Assembly (NCBI GenBank): GCA_035221665.1 | Contig: CM069155.1 | Location: forward strand, 33,418,001 to 33,482,000 | Reading direction: 5' to 3' | DNA from: Okamejei kenojei | Lineage: Eukaryota | DNA: 64,000 bases | Shown: in pieces, positions 1 through 12,735 of the stretch | How the letters are laid out: the number at the start of each line of letters is the position of its first letter | Numbering within the stretch: the stretch's first letter is position 1 | The notes under the pieces: generated by a model | What the model saw: the letters and a program-made list of their open reading frames with translations, nothing else | Database searches by the model: none | Told to the model about the DNA's origin: nothing | Made by a program: the position numbers and the translations under genes

Positions 1-119
1 TTCAATGCCACAGGACTAAGCTCTTTACCTTGAAAATATTTCCCAAATATTAAAATGGATGATTTGCTGTAGCAAAAGGTTAGCTCCTAGATTTAGTGGG
101 TAATTAGAAAAACAGAATG

Positions 120-560
120 TGTTTATTGCTCGAGCAATTGAATAGGGCGGTTAAGTAGGGCAGGTTATGCTTCAGTCATGGGCATTGGTGAGGGCACATT
201 GGTGTGGGTGAACACCACAATTGGTGTTGGTCTCCTTATTTAAGGAAGAATGTTGATGTACTGGAAACAGGGCATAGAAGGTTTATTAGACTATAACCTG
301 GAAAGTGAAGGTTACCTCTGAGCCTAGGTTGGGCAGGTTAAGCTTATAACTGGCATTCTTTAGAAGAATGAGACAAAATACGATTGAAACATAAGATCCT
401 AAGAGATATTGACAGTGTTGACAAGGAGGACATGTTTCCTCATGTGGGTTTACCTAGATCAACACAGCATTGGGTTCATAAAATTAGCTGGCTATTTAAG
501 ATGGACAATGCCATTGTTTTCTCTCAGTGGTATACAAGTCTTTGGAATGGTCTGCCTCAG
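120..560 (+). mobile_element. Old CR1-type LINE ORF2 3' fragment
   Basis: Degenerate LVR.HL...WSPYLRK...RRF pattern. Confidence 0.55.
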
Positions 561-728
561 AGGATGGTGGAAACCATACTTGATCTTCATCCATCATCGT
601 CCCGATAACCATAACATGGATGAATTAATCAGACAATTTCAGAATATTCATGATTTTGCTGTGAGATGGCAATGCACATTTTACCTGCTGTTTCTTGTAA
701 TCTTGTGTGTTCTCTTTCCTCCTTCCAG

Positions 729-892
729 CCGTGAAACCAATATGTTTACGCCGACTGCACACTGTCTACCAGATGGCTGAGCTCCCAGAAACCCATCAGT
801 TATTGAGGGACACCTGCAGAGGCTTTGCAGAAAAGGAACTTGCTCCCGTTGCTGCACAGCACGACAGAGAACACAAATTTCCCGCGGAACAG
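729..892 (+). CDS. ACADS: Short-chain acyl-CoA dehydrogenase, coding exon 2
   Basis: ttccAG acceptor at 727-728, GTAACG donor at 893; 164 bp; encodes [54 protein letters not shown], matching vertebrate SCAD N-terminus. Confidence 0.95.
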
Positions 893-1129
893 GTAACGAT
901 CTCTGAAAACCACCCATGGATGCTGACGGAAACTGAAGGATGGAATCCTTCCCACACCACCACCATTAGTATCTGTGTCTCCCTTGCTCTCCCTTCCCAG
1001 TCAACCCACATCCTCATTTGATGTCTGTATTTCTAAACATGAAAGGGATCTGGAGAGAATGATATCAGCAAAATATGTATTTTGCAACTTACTTACAGTA
1101 TCATAAATAGATGATGGTGAATAAACAAG

Positions 1130-1562
1130 GGACAATAGACAGGAGTAGGGCATTCGGCACTTCAAGCCAGCACCGACATTCCATGTGATCATGGCTGATT
1201 ATCCCCAATCAGTACCCCTGTTCCTGCCTTCTCCCCATATCCCTTGACTCCGCTATCTTTAAGAGCCCTATCAAGCTCCCTCTTTAAAATATCCAGAGAA
1301 CCGGCCTCCACCGCCCTCAGAGGCAGAGAATTCCACAGGCTCACAACTGTGTGAAAAAGTGTTTCCTCATTTCCGTTCTAAATGGCTTACCCCTTATTCT
1401 TTAATTGTGTCCCCTGGTTCTGGACTCCCCCAACTTTGGGAAAATGTTTCCTGCCTCTTGCGTGTCCAAACCCTTAATAATCTTCTATGTTTCAATAAGA
1501 TATCCTCTCATCCTTCTAAACTCCAGTATACAAGCCCAGCCACTCCATTCTCTCAGAATGAT
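1130..1562 (-). mobile_element. CR1 (HER1-type) LINE 3' end
   Basis: Reverse of RT C-terminus and conserved gatcagccatgat...gaatgccctactcctg tail. Confidence 0.8.
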
Positions 1563-1729
1563 CCTCTGTTTTCTGCTTCCCTCCAAAACTTTTCTCCTGC
1601 CATCTCCTCCCCAACTTGGAATGTCAGAGGTTGCATGGAAAACCTGATAGAAGTGTATCCAATTAAGAGAGCTATAGATAGGGTAGACAGCCAGAATCTT
1701 CCTCCCAAGATGGAAACACTTTTCAGTTT

Positions 1730-1915
1730 TCATATTCATAATCACAATAATCATAATCATACTTTATTAGCCAAGTATGTTTTGCAACATACGAGGAATT
1801 TAATCTGCCATAAGGTCATGCCAATAAAAAGCGACAAAACACACAAAATACATCTTAACATAAACATCCACCACAGTGACTCCTCCACATTCCTCACCAT
1901 GATGGAAGGTGAAAA
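1730..1915 (-). mobile_element. Rex/Babar-type LINE 3' tail
   Basis: Reverse of aattcctcgtatgttgcaaaacatacttggctaataaag + (attatg)n. Confidence 0.55.
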
Positions 1916-2989
1916 AAAAAGTTTTTCTGAGTTAAATTCCATCTGCTATTCCTTGGTCCACTTTCCCTGTTTGCGTTCAGATTCACAGGCTCGACCTGCA
2001 ACAACGACACAGATACAGTTTGACCTGCTGAGTTCCTTGGCAGTTTGTTTTCTCGTTCCAGATACCTGCATCTGCAATCTCTTTTTTTTCCCCCTTCTGC
2101 GCTTATTACTACTGTTTCACTGTAACTGAATCCCCCCCCCATTGTTCTGAATCCAGAATTGGGTAATTGCTGCCCTTAAGTAGTTTCAAAGATGCCTGAT
2201 ATCTGGTCATTTCATCAAATAACCTTGAAATCAGTGGCTAGCTGTAAAGTTAACTGTACAGAGATAGGTTTATAATGATAAATATTACATGCAAAGGGGT
2301 ACATGTCCTCACCTCAAAGCACCAGTTTCTGAGCATAATAAGGTTTTAAGCCAGGATTTTTAATAAGATATAAATGGCCGATTAAAATGAACAGGCGCAG
2401 AATAAACTGAGTTATTTCAATCAAAGGATTTAAATTCATTCTCAGCAGAATAGAGACATGATTTCAGACACATTGAATTCCAGCAGGGTCAAATTACTCA
2501 TACTTTATGAATAATGAAAGAGATTTTTACTTTTTCAAATTTCTAGCCAGGACAAAGATTTTTTTCTTTAACCCATTGTTAACCCAGCACAGACCTTTGG
2601 ATTGATGTGAGGAATAAATGGACTGTTTAGTTTAATACCGCACTGCATTGACTGATTCCTCAAGGGAGATTGGTTGATTTTTTTTTTTAAAGCTATTTAA
2701 TTGCAGAGTTAAAATCTTTGGATTACTGTTTCATAGATGTCGTAAACTGTTTACTGTCCATGATTGATTAGCTGGGAGCAATTGATTTTCTCATATATTA
2801 AATCACTGTCTAATTTTTCCTCAACCAGTTGGTACTGTCCACAGAGATACCGATCTTATTGTCTTCCCGTCTTTTCCAATAATTAAGATTGAACAACGCA
2901 CCAACATCATCTGTAAGGCAGACTTCAATCATTCACAGATTATAGCGAGCCCATTGCTGGCAATGTTCTTTAACTTCCCTAGCGAACTT

Positions 2990-3297
2990 AATTTAGTTTT
3001 GTTTAGAGACAGCGCAGAAACAGGCCCTTTGGCCCACCAGGTCCGCGCCAAGCAGGGATCCCCATTCACCAGCACTATCCTACACACTAGAGACAATTTA
3101 CAATTTACAGAAGCCGATTAACCTACAAACCTGTACGACTTTGGAGTGTGGGAGGAAACCGGAGTTCCCTGGAGAAAACCCACATGGTCATGGGGAGATC
3201 ATACAAATCCCTTACAGACAGCACCCGTAGTCAGGATCGAACCTGGGTCTCTGGCGTTGGAAGTCGGCAACTCTACCCCTGCGTCACCATGCTGCCC
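2990..3297 (-). mobile_element. HE1-type tRNA-derived SINE
   Basis: B-box gttcgatcct, ggtttcctcccacactccaaag core, CR1-like tail tctctaaac. Confidence 0.85.
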
Positions 3298-4064
3298 TGA
3301 ATCTACAGTTCATAACTTTAAAATGTTTCCACTAGGATCGGCAGGATATTAAAAGCAGCAAAATACTGTAAAAGCTGATGTTGAGGTGAATAGAAATGCC
3401 TCAAAGGTGCAAATCTGAAATAAAATCAGGGAAAAAATGGACATTTAAGTTCCACTCGAACCTTGGATCAACTCTATCTCGATTACAAATTTAATCACTT
3501 ATCAGATGCTGCTTAACGTGGTACATTTGAACATTTTCTATTTCTCACAATCATGGGGTAACATTTTCTCCGTTCAGCTAAAAATTTATGTTGCATTGGT
3601 GAAAACCAAATCTTCCAATCAAATAGAGGAAGAGATAGAGAGAGTGGGCCTGGTGGTTTAATCTGTGATAGATTTGAAAAAGGAAAGTTAGAATCGCCCT
3701 TTTGATGCCACATGTTACATTACTGTGGATGAATGGTACCCTGCCGAGAGATTTTCCGACTTACGGATAAAATTGATACATGGAGGCCTGTTAATCGTAA
3801 CCCCGTTCCATTACTTGGGGACAGCCTGTAGAATTGGGCTTATAGGAACGAGGAACTACAGATGGTGGTGTGCAGAAAAAATCTGGAGTAGCTCAGTGGG
3901 TCAGACAGCATCTTTGGTCGGGTCAGGGCACTTCTTCAGACTGTCCAGTCTGAAGGAGTATCGGGCTTCAGTTGGACAATACCAGGTCACAGAGGTGAAT
4001 AAATAATGGTGTAATATGCAAAGTGCTGCTTATAACGTCTGATATAATAACATTAGAATAAAAT

Positions 4065-4430
4065 CATGTACATAAAATCATGAGAGGAATAGATGGAGTG
4101 AATGCGCTGAGTTATTATCCTAAGGTAGGGGAATCAAAAGCCAGAGGACATAGGTTTAAAGTACAAGGGGAAAGATTTAATAGAAATCTAATGGGCAAGT
4201 TGTCCACTCAGAGAGTGGTGAATCAATGGAAAGAGCGTCCAGAGGAGATATTTGCAATGACTTCTATAACAGCATTTAAAAGACACTTGGACAGGTACAA
4301 GTGTAGGGAAAGTTTAGAGAGATATTGGACAAACGGAGGCAAATAGGGCTAGCTTAGACGGGGCATCTTGGTCGGCATGTGTGAATTGGGCCAAAGGGTC
4401 TGTTTCCTTGCTGTATGATTCTCTGACTTG
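4065..4430 (+). mobile_element. CR1 LINE 3' end
   Basis: MRGID...RGHRFKVQGERFNRN...FKRHLD. Confidence 0.8.
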
Positions 4431-4924
4431 AAATTTTCCACGTTGCACCTTTTGCACAGTTGTTTTTCTCCTCTTTCTTTAATATATCATTCCATCAGAT
4501 AGAAATCTTGTAGGTAATGGCATATCATTAGCAGATCAGACTCAACGATCTGCCAGAGACATTCCTCACAGTGCTATTTAAGAGTTTTACACATCACAGC
4601 TATTTTTCAAAATTCAGTACATTTGTTCTTGGCTAAATTGGAACTTAATTTCTCTCTTAATTGTTTTTCTCTCCTTCTCTGGAAGGATGGCTCCGTTAAA
4701 TCAATACCAGTGGTGCACACTACCACCTATTTCTTTCCTCAACTTTCCCAGAGTTTCCATGCTACTCCCTGTTTCCACTGGCCTGCTTCCGTGCTGTGTG
4801 ACCATGATCAGCGGTTGAAGACACAACTGGTGATCTTGGTCACCCACAGAGATTACCCAGAGAAACGGGAGGATACAACTGGTGACCAGCAGAGATGGGT
4901 CGACTAGGCTTGTAATCACTGGAA

Positions 4925-5330
4925 CTGTAGAAGGATGAGAGGGAATCTTATAGAAACATCTAACATTCTTTGGGGATTGGCCAGGTTAGATGCAGGGAAA
5001 ATGTTCCCGATGTTGGGGGAGTCCAGAACTAAGGGTCGCAGTTTAAGAATGAGGGGTAGGCCATTTAGGACTGAGACGAGGAAAAACTTTTTCATCCAGA
5101 GAGTTGTGCATCTGTGGAATTCTCTGCCACAGAAGGCAGTGGAGGCCAATGCACTGGATGTTTTCAAGAGAGAGTTAGATTTAGCTCTTAGGGCTAACGG
5201 AATCAAGGGATATGGGGGGAAAGCAGGAACGGGTTACTGATTTTGGATGATCAGCCATTGAATGGCGGTGCTGGCTCGAAGGGCCGAATGGCCTATTCCT
5301 GCACCTACTTTCTATGTTTCTATATTTCTA
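4925..5330 (+). mobile_element. CR1 (HER1-type) LINE 3' end
   Basis: RGNLIET...RKNFFIQRVVHLWNSLPQKAVEA...GY* plus (ttctatgt)n tail. Confidence 0.9.
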
Positions 5331-6351
5331 GATTTATGCCCTAATATATTCTTATATTCTACTGAATATTAGGTCAGAAATTTGATTTTTTACAAGCATA
5401 ACTTTTTAATACCCAGAGCAAAATGTGCCAGGAAGAAAAGTTCATTTACATAATGCCTTTTCATGAGATCAAAACACTTGAATGAATTAAATATGCATGG
5501 GGTGCACAGACAGGTCTTATGTAATTAAATGTGTGTGTCAAACACACAATGAATGTCCCTTTCCTTCATGACACAAATCTAGCAGTACATGGAGAAAGCT
5601 GATTGAGAGCAAGGAGCAGATAATAGGTCATGGACATTGAACCGTTGGCCAGTTGCCAAAATTGACTTTGAAAATTGGTGCTTGACCTTTGTGTGTGGAG
5701 CGAGTAATAGCCTTGGCTTCTTCCTTAATCTCAATAGAGAACAATGAATTTACAAACAGCTTGGGAAAATGGTACATACACCGTCTCGTCGAGACACTCC
5801 CTGTGGATTTATGACCCTGAGAAGGAAACTGCAACAGGGAAATCCTATTTAATATAATCCCTGTCTTAATTGTGCACAAAAATAGAATCACCCAAAGAGG
5901 GATAGAAAGCTTAAGAAATCTCTTAAGAATTGAATTAAATAATTTTTTCACAAGTGTGAACAATATGCTGTGTGGAAGAGGTTAAGAAAATGAAGCAGCG
6001 ATACCAGTATTCTACCAAGTGCAGTTTTTGAAATTGGTTATTTATATAAATGGGGGGATATTTGGTCAGATATTGTCTTTGCACCACTAAGAATTTAAAA
6101 AGCCAACTATTTCCAAGCTCTTTCTGTGTGGTCAGATTAAGAGCAATAAGCAGAAGCTTGTGGAACTTCCATAGTCTCTTTACGCTAAATACTTGGTCTG
6201 GTTTTGCACTCTCTTAAAGGGACTGCCATGCTTCTTAAGCTCATATATAACAACAAGAGCTTTAGAATGGATTCTGATCATATCCTCATTGGGTATCCAT
6301 GTGCAAACGTCCAACGTTTTGCGTAGTAGAGTGGGGAAGGAATTTCAACTG

Positions 6352-6615
6352 TTTTTATTTAGTTTAGAGATACAGCGCGGAAACGGGCTCTTTGGACAAT
6401 GGAGTTTGTGCCGACCAATGATTCCCGCACATTTACACTACCCTACGCACACTAGGGACAATTTACAATTATACCATGCCGACTAACCTACAAATCTGTA
6501 CATATTTGGTGTGTGGAAGGAAACCGGAGCACCCGGGGAAAACCCACGTGGTCACCTGTAGTCAGGATTGATCCCAGGTCTAAGGCAGCAACTGAGTCAC
6601 TGCGCCACCGTGCCT
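6352..6615 (-). mobile_element. HE1-type SINE
   Basis: Same core and tail as other copies, internal deletion. Confidence 0.8.
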
Positions 6616-7074
6616 CCCACGAGTGTTTGACGTTCGTATACCTGTGGCCTAGCTGCCATTCACAACTTGCGGTGTAATTATTGCAGTAACAACTCCTGCA
6701 GGGCCTTAGGAGCCATGCTGTTACGGAAGTTTACAATGATCATGAAGCCAGCATGCAGGGTGATGATGAAACATGGCTGATTTGAGTGCAATGTGTGTAA
6801 ACCATGTCAATAACTTCCGTTGCATGATTTTATATGCTGTGATAATGTTGTTGGAATGTCCCCTCTAGAGAATTAAAAGGAGTCCCATTTGACAAAGCCA
6901 AATTATATCAGTTATTGCTGTTCCTTAGAAAGTACAATGCATAAACATGTAAAAAATCAATGCCCAAATCCCTTTAATACTCCGTCTCAGGCAATTATTA
7001 AATTATCTTTTTAACTAAATAATAACCTCTTCATGGAATTGGGAATTCTACGTTTATACCAGCTTATATATACC

Positions 7075-7632
7075 TGACAGAGGTTTGCATGCTCCTCCTC
7101 TAACCTCATTTACTGCATTTGGTGCTCTCATTGTGGCCTCCTTTACAGAGACTTGGCGAATTTTGCGCTTGGTCCACCATGCCTGCTGGAGCTCCTGGTT
7201 GCTAACCATGTTAACTCCTTTTCCAATTCCCATGCCGACTTTTCTGTCCTGTCTCTCCTCCAAACTGGAGGGACAGAGCCTCATATTCCGCTTGCATAGC
7301 TTGAAACCCAACAGCATGTACATTGAATCTTCCAATTTTAGGTAACCCCCTTCTTTTACCCTCCCCTCTTTTCTGTGCCGCCCTTCCACCCCTTTATGCA
7401 CTCATTTCACCCAATATCCCGCCCTCTCCCCATGTCGCCCTTTAGTCTCCTTTTCATTTCTAACCTTTGTCCACTCATCTGCCTATCTAAACCACCCCCC
7501 CCCTATATCCACCTATCACTCACCAGCCTTGTCCCACCCGAATTTATTTCCCAGCTTTCTCCCCCCACTCCATCAGTCTGAAGAATGGTCCCCACCTAAA
7601 ATGTTGCCTATCCATTTCCTCCACAGATGCAC
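7075..7632 (+). mobile_element. Penelope-like element 3' fragment (GIY-YIG endonuclease end + pyrimidine-rich UTR + terminal repeat)
   Basis: RFACSSSNLIYCIWCSHCGLLY and KLEGQSLIFRLHSLKPNSMYIESSNFR*; ends in a ctgaaga-containing terminus shared with solo ends. Confidence 0.8.
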
Positions 7633-8253
7633 TCGGGCGGCATGGATGAGCTGGGCTGAAGGGTCTGTTCCAATGCTATATGAGTCTATGACCCAATAGT
7701 TTAAGGAGACTATCATAAATTAATTTACCACATGACATTGCAACAACTGTCACACCATGCTTTAAAGTAAATCTCACTCCCAGCTTACATAGTTTGCCTT
7801 TAACCGTTTACACATTTTTCTGCGATGCTGCTTGGAAGGCCATAGGTAGTCTTATAATAATGATTGTTAAAATATTCATGGCAGAACATTCCCTGAGTAC
7901 GTGGAAGGGTGTACTGGAGCAAGTGATTCAATAGGCTGCATTTCAAAACGTAGAATTGATAAAGGATGTATGAAACACACTGCAACAATACTTATCCTTC
8001 AAAACAATTATTTGTGTGAAAAGTGCTTCTGGGATGACCTGAAGTTAGGAAAGGTGTCCTATAATGCTATTTGTTTTAACAGAAGTGGAAAAAATTCCAT
8101 TGTACTGTTGAACGACGTGAGCCATGTGTCTGTTATGCTGTTGCTGCTGACGTTTTTCATTGTACCCTATACCTCCCGTACGTGTGTTTATCACAATAAA
8201 GTTGACTTGACTTGAACAAGTTGCCTCTGCTGTGAATGACCCATGAATTTTGA

Positions 8254-8508
<255 letters not shown>

Positions 8509-8544
8509 TAGACTTTCTTAATGAACGCTAGTCATTAATAACTT

Positions 8545-8772
8545 TGAGTCATATAGTCATAGAGTGATACAGTGTGGAAGCAGGTCCTTCGGCCCAGCTT
8601 GCCGACACCGTCCAACATGTCCCAGCTACACGAGTCCCACCTGCCTGCGTTTGGTCCCTATCCCTCCAAACCTGTCCTATCCATGTACCTGTCTAACAGT
8701 TTCTTAAATGCTGGGATAGTCCCTGCCTCAACTACCTCCTCTGGCAGCTTGTTCCATACACCCACCACCCTT
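8545..8772 (-). mobile_element. CR1 LINE 3' end
   Basis: Reverse of RT C-terminus and tatcactctatgactata tail. Confidence 0.8.
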
Positions 8773-9309
8773 TAGTTCAACTAAATTTTGAATGTTTCAC
8801 AATTATTTATGTATTTCTGATACTGTTTAGAAACATTTTTTATTTTAACTTCCCTGAGTGCTCTCACTTGGTTAATAAGTGAGGAGCAAAGCCACAGAAG
8901 CTGAGAAATGTTAGTGTCAATAATGATGATTCAGTGATTCAATATTGTTACACGGACCTAAGTACAGTGAAGCCTAACATGTTTTAAATTCGCCAGCCTC
9001 CTCTCCCCCCCATTATTTGTTTTGCATACAACCCGGTAAGATCATCCAGCCGACCTCACCGAGGCAGTGCACAAGTGTCGCCACGTTTTGGAGCCGACAA
9101 AGTTACAGAAGTTAACCGGTCTAAATATTGTTGCTGATTTCAGGTGAGAAGGTTAGAGCACCTGAGCAACTCAGCAAGGTGGAAGGTATGCTGTGATTGG
9201 TATGAGTACCATTGTTTGAAAGAGGTTGCAATAAGGGGGGGGGGGGGGGGGGGTGGCTGGCGAATTTAAAACATGTTAGGCTTGTAAGTTCTAAACAGCT
9301 TGAGCTGGG

Positions 9310-9765
9310 ATGTCAGGACTTTCATATGAAGAAAGACTGGATAGACTCGCTGGAATTTAGAAGATTGAGGGAGGATCTTATAGAAACTTACAACATCCTT
9401 AAGGGGTTGGACAGGCTAGATGCAGGAATATTGTTCCCGATGTTGGGGAAGTCCAGAACAAGGGGTCACAGTTTAAGGATAAGGGGGAAGTCTTTTAGGA
9501 CCAAGATGAGAAATATTTTTTTCACACAAAGAGTGGCGAATCTGTGGAATTCTCTGCCACAGAAAGTAGTTGAGGCCAGTTCATTGGCTATATTTAAGAG
9601 GGAGTTAGATGTGTCCCTTGTGGCTAAAGGGATCAGGGGGTATGGAGAGAAGGCAGGTACAGGATACTGAGTTGGATGATCAGCCATGATCATATTGACT
9701 GGCGGTGCAGGCTCGAAGGGCCGAATGGCCTGCTCCTGCACCTATTTTCTATGTTTCTATGTTTC
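9310..9765 (+). mobile_element. CR1 (HER1-type) LINE 3' end
   Basis: [14 protein letters not shown]...FFTQRVANLWNSLPQKVVEA...GY* plus (ttctatgt)n. Confidence 0.9.
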
Positions 9766-9917
9766 TGCTGAACTTGCACACATGGGCACTAGATGAAGTT
9801 GCCATGGCTCTGAATGTGTAAGCACTGGAGGTGAGTGGCAGCAAAGCAAACATACCCGAGGTGGTGAGAAGGTCCACAGAGACACAAACTGTTGTAGAGA
9901 TGGCATATATTTGAGTA

Positions 9918-10226
9918 TTAGTTTAGAGATACAGCGCAGAAACAGGCCCTTCGGCCCACCGAGTCCGCACTGACCAGCAATCCTCTCACACTAACACTAT
10001 CCTACACACACTAGGAACATTTCTTTAACATTTCCACCAAGCCCCAATTAACCTACAAACCTGTACGACTTTGGAGTTTAGGAGGAAACCGAAGATCTCA
10101 GAGAAAACCCACGCGGGTCACGGGGAGAACGTACAAACTCCATGCAGACTAGCACCTGCAGTCAGGATCGAACCCGGGTCACTGGCGCTGTGAGGCAGTA
10201 GCTCCACCGCTGCGCCACTGCGCCAC
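9918..10226 (-). mobile_element. HE1-type SINE
   Basis: Full head (A/B boxes) to tail. Confidence 0.85.
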
Positions 10227-10730
10227 AAAAATAATAAAGTAAAATTAATAGAGGCGTTGTGCATCAGTGAATCTTTGGAATCCTATACCACTAAGAGGAA
10301 TGGACGCAGAGATAATGGTGTATTTGGACTGGTGGGGAGTGCAGAGTATGGGAAATAGCCAAATGTGCGGAGTTGAGGCCAAGGTCAAGTCATCCAATGC
10401 AGATTTAGTTTCGGTTTAGTTTGTCAGAATTTCTTCCCAATCTCTCTTGTGAGCTTCAAGTCCTTGCTGGGTGGTGTTTCCCAGATACTTGATGCCGCAA
10501 AGTATTTTTTAAAACTTAAAACTGTTCGTCTTCTGCTCATTTCTACTCCCCGTTAGATTCTTCATGTGCTCCTTTGGATAGCTTCCGAGCCATCTTATGC
10601 CTCGTAACCTTACTACCCCTCATGCTGCTCCTCTTTATTTTGTTCCTGATCATTTTGGCATTTATGTTCAGCTTCCTGTTATGTTATTTTCTGAAAATGC
10701 ATTAAAATCCATGATTTTCTCTTTTTCCAG

Positions 10731-10842
10731 TCATTGTATTTAGGCCCACTTCTGAAATTTGGTTCAGAAGAGCAAAAGCGCAAGTGGGTAACCCCATTCA
10801 CAGATGGAACCAAAATTGGCTGCTTTGGTCTGAGCGAGCCAG
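10731..10842 (+). CDS. ACADS: ACADS coding exon 4
   Basis: ttttccAG acceptor, GTAGGT donor; 112 bp; [37 protein letters not shown](G), FAD-binding motif. Confidence 0.96.
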
Positions 10843-10889
10843 GTAGGTCGTAGTATATGCATGAGCACAGGTGCATTAAGTCAATACAT

Positions 10890-11850
10890 GTATGTCTCGT
10901 CCCTGTCCGGAGGTGTCCGAGGTGGCTCTGGGCTGGCGGGGCGGCCCTGGACTTGCAGCTGGCGCTGCAGCTGCTGGCTCCAACTCGACTCTGCCTTTTC
11001 TGCCGGGTTGGCCGGCAGCCCTCCACCACCACCCCCTCCCCTCAGTCCCATACCGAGATCCTGCTGAAGAGGGATCGGAGAGAGAGTCTGTGGACGGGTT
11101 CCTGCCGGCCATGGGCAGGCCGGGCGCCCGCTGGAGCTGCTGGCGGTGCTGGCGGCAACAGCAACCTCCTCCTCCCCCTCCCTTGCCCAGCCCCAAGCCC
11201 AGAGTCCGGGCCAGCTCCAACTCCAGGTCGGGGCTGAAGGCCGCCCGCAGCGCGACCCAGTCGAGCGCTGGGCCGGAGGCCGAGCCCAGGCTGGCTCTCT
11301 GATGCAGGTGAGGCAGGAGGCCTCGCTCCTCCTCGGGTTGTGGATGAAGTGGCAGCGGGTACCGTAGGGGCAGAAGCCAGTGGTGTGCAAGGTGCGGCAT
11401 GGCTCCGTCTTGTACTGGGGTGGTGCCTGATGGAGCGCAGCTCGGCCAGGCCTTGGGCGAACTGGCACTTGTCGCCATAGCGGCTCATCGGGGAGCGGGT
11501 TCCTTTGGAGTTGAAGCGGGGTTGGGCTGGAGTTGGCACTTCTGCACACTAGCTGTGGGCCTGGGGCCACTGGTGTCATCGGTCGGGAGCTGTCGGTTGG
11601 CCCGGCGGGAGAGGCGGAGATGAGCTGGGGTTGGCGTTTCTCCGTGCTGGCTGGGGGCTGGTGTCTCGTCGGTCCGGACCGGAGGGGGACGGGGTCGGCC
11701 CAGTGCCGGTTCGTCAGCGCCGGGGACCCGGGTTCGATCCTGGCTGCGGATGATGCGCGGGTCTGTGTGTGTGCAGCTGCCGAGAATGTCTCTCCACCGG
11801 TCCAGTCCCCGTCCCCCCCCGTCCCTCCAGCTCCCACTAGCATCTGCCCC
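10890..11850 (-). pseudogene. Decayed ZFP36/TIS11-family (ZFP36L1/L2-like) tandem CCCH zinc-finger gene, antisense in ACADS intron 4
   Basis: Split over three frames: [23 protein letters not shown] / [26 protein letters not shown] / [17 protein letters not shown]...[11 protein letters not shown]; very GC-rich relative to host intron; frameshifts and substitutions in key residues. Confidence 0.85.
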
Positions 11851-12024
11851 CTCTATCTGTCCCCTGACAAATACAAGCTTGAAAAAAGACAAAAAATCGG
11901 ACCCAAACTCGCTGTATCTACAGCGCTTTGTTCGATTTTTATTTATAGCATTTGACCTTTGACAAATCCCATGATTCCTTGCGTTTACCAAACTTGTTTA
12001 TTTACCAAGGAAAATAAAATGATG

Positions 12025-12185
12025 CATAGATAGGTGACGTTTCGGGTCGGGACCCTTCCCCACTCTGACCCAAAACAGCATCAATCCATGTTCTCCCGAG
12101 ATGCCGCCTGACCCACTGATTTACTGCAGCACCGAATGTTCTTTTGTGCATTAAACCAGCATTTGCACTTCCTTGATTCTACAAA
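12025..12185. mobile_element. Penelope terminal fragment, partially inverted
   Basis: gacgtttcgggtcgggaccctt followed by gatgccgcctgacccactga...accagcatttgcacttcctt. Confidence 0.65.
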
Positions 12186-12434
12186 ATAGAACAATGTGCG
12201 GTATTAGGAAGTTGACTAAGGCATATCTGAATGCATTAGGGAATGAACTGAACAGTTGAGGTGTTGTGCATGTGTATTTAGTTGTAAAGTATGTCGAATC
12301 ACAGGATCGTTCTAGCTAGAAAGAAACAATTCAGTCTATTAGATCTATTGTGCGTTCCCTGTGAAGCAATTCAGTATGTTATGTTTACTCTTCCCATGGT
12401 CCTGCAGATTATTTTATCTCAACGGGCCAATCGG

Positions 12435-12735
12435 TTTAGTTTTAGTTTTGGAGATACAGCGTGGAAACAGGCCCTTCAGCCCACCGAGTTCACACCGACC
12501 AGCGATCACCCTTCACAATAATGCTATGTTATCCCACTTTCCCCATTCACTCCCTACACACCAAGGGCAATTTACAGAAGCCAATGAACCTACAAACCCA
12601 CATGCCTTCGGGATGTGGGAGGAAATCAGAGCACGCAAAGGAAACACGCGGTCATATTGAGAACATGCAAACTCCACACACACAGATGAGGTCAGGATTG
12701 AACCTGGGTCTCTGGTGCTGTGAGGCAGCAGCTCT
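12435..12735 (-). mobile_element. HE1-type SINE
   Basis: Diverged copy with head, core and tail. Confidence 0.8.

Noticed and set aside
1359-2129. 256-aa ORF
   Set aside because: Chance read-through of antisense CR1, sense CR1 and Rex tail fragments; no coherent domain
2810-2920. Possible antisense exon (ttacAG then DDVGALFNLNYWKRRED...)
   Set aside because: Only about 33 codons, no recognisable homology or partner exons; expected by chance
4701-4919. 72-aa antisense ORF with hydrophobic N-terminus
   Set aside because: No ATG start or recognisable family; abuts a CR1 fragment
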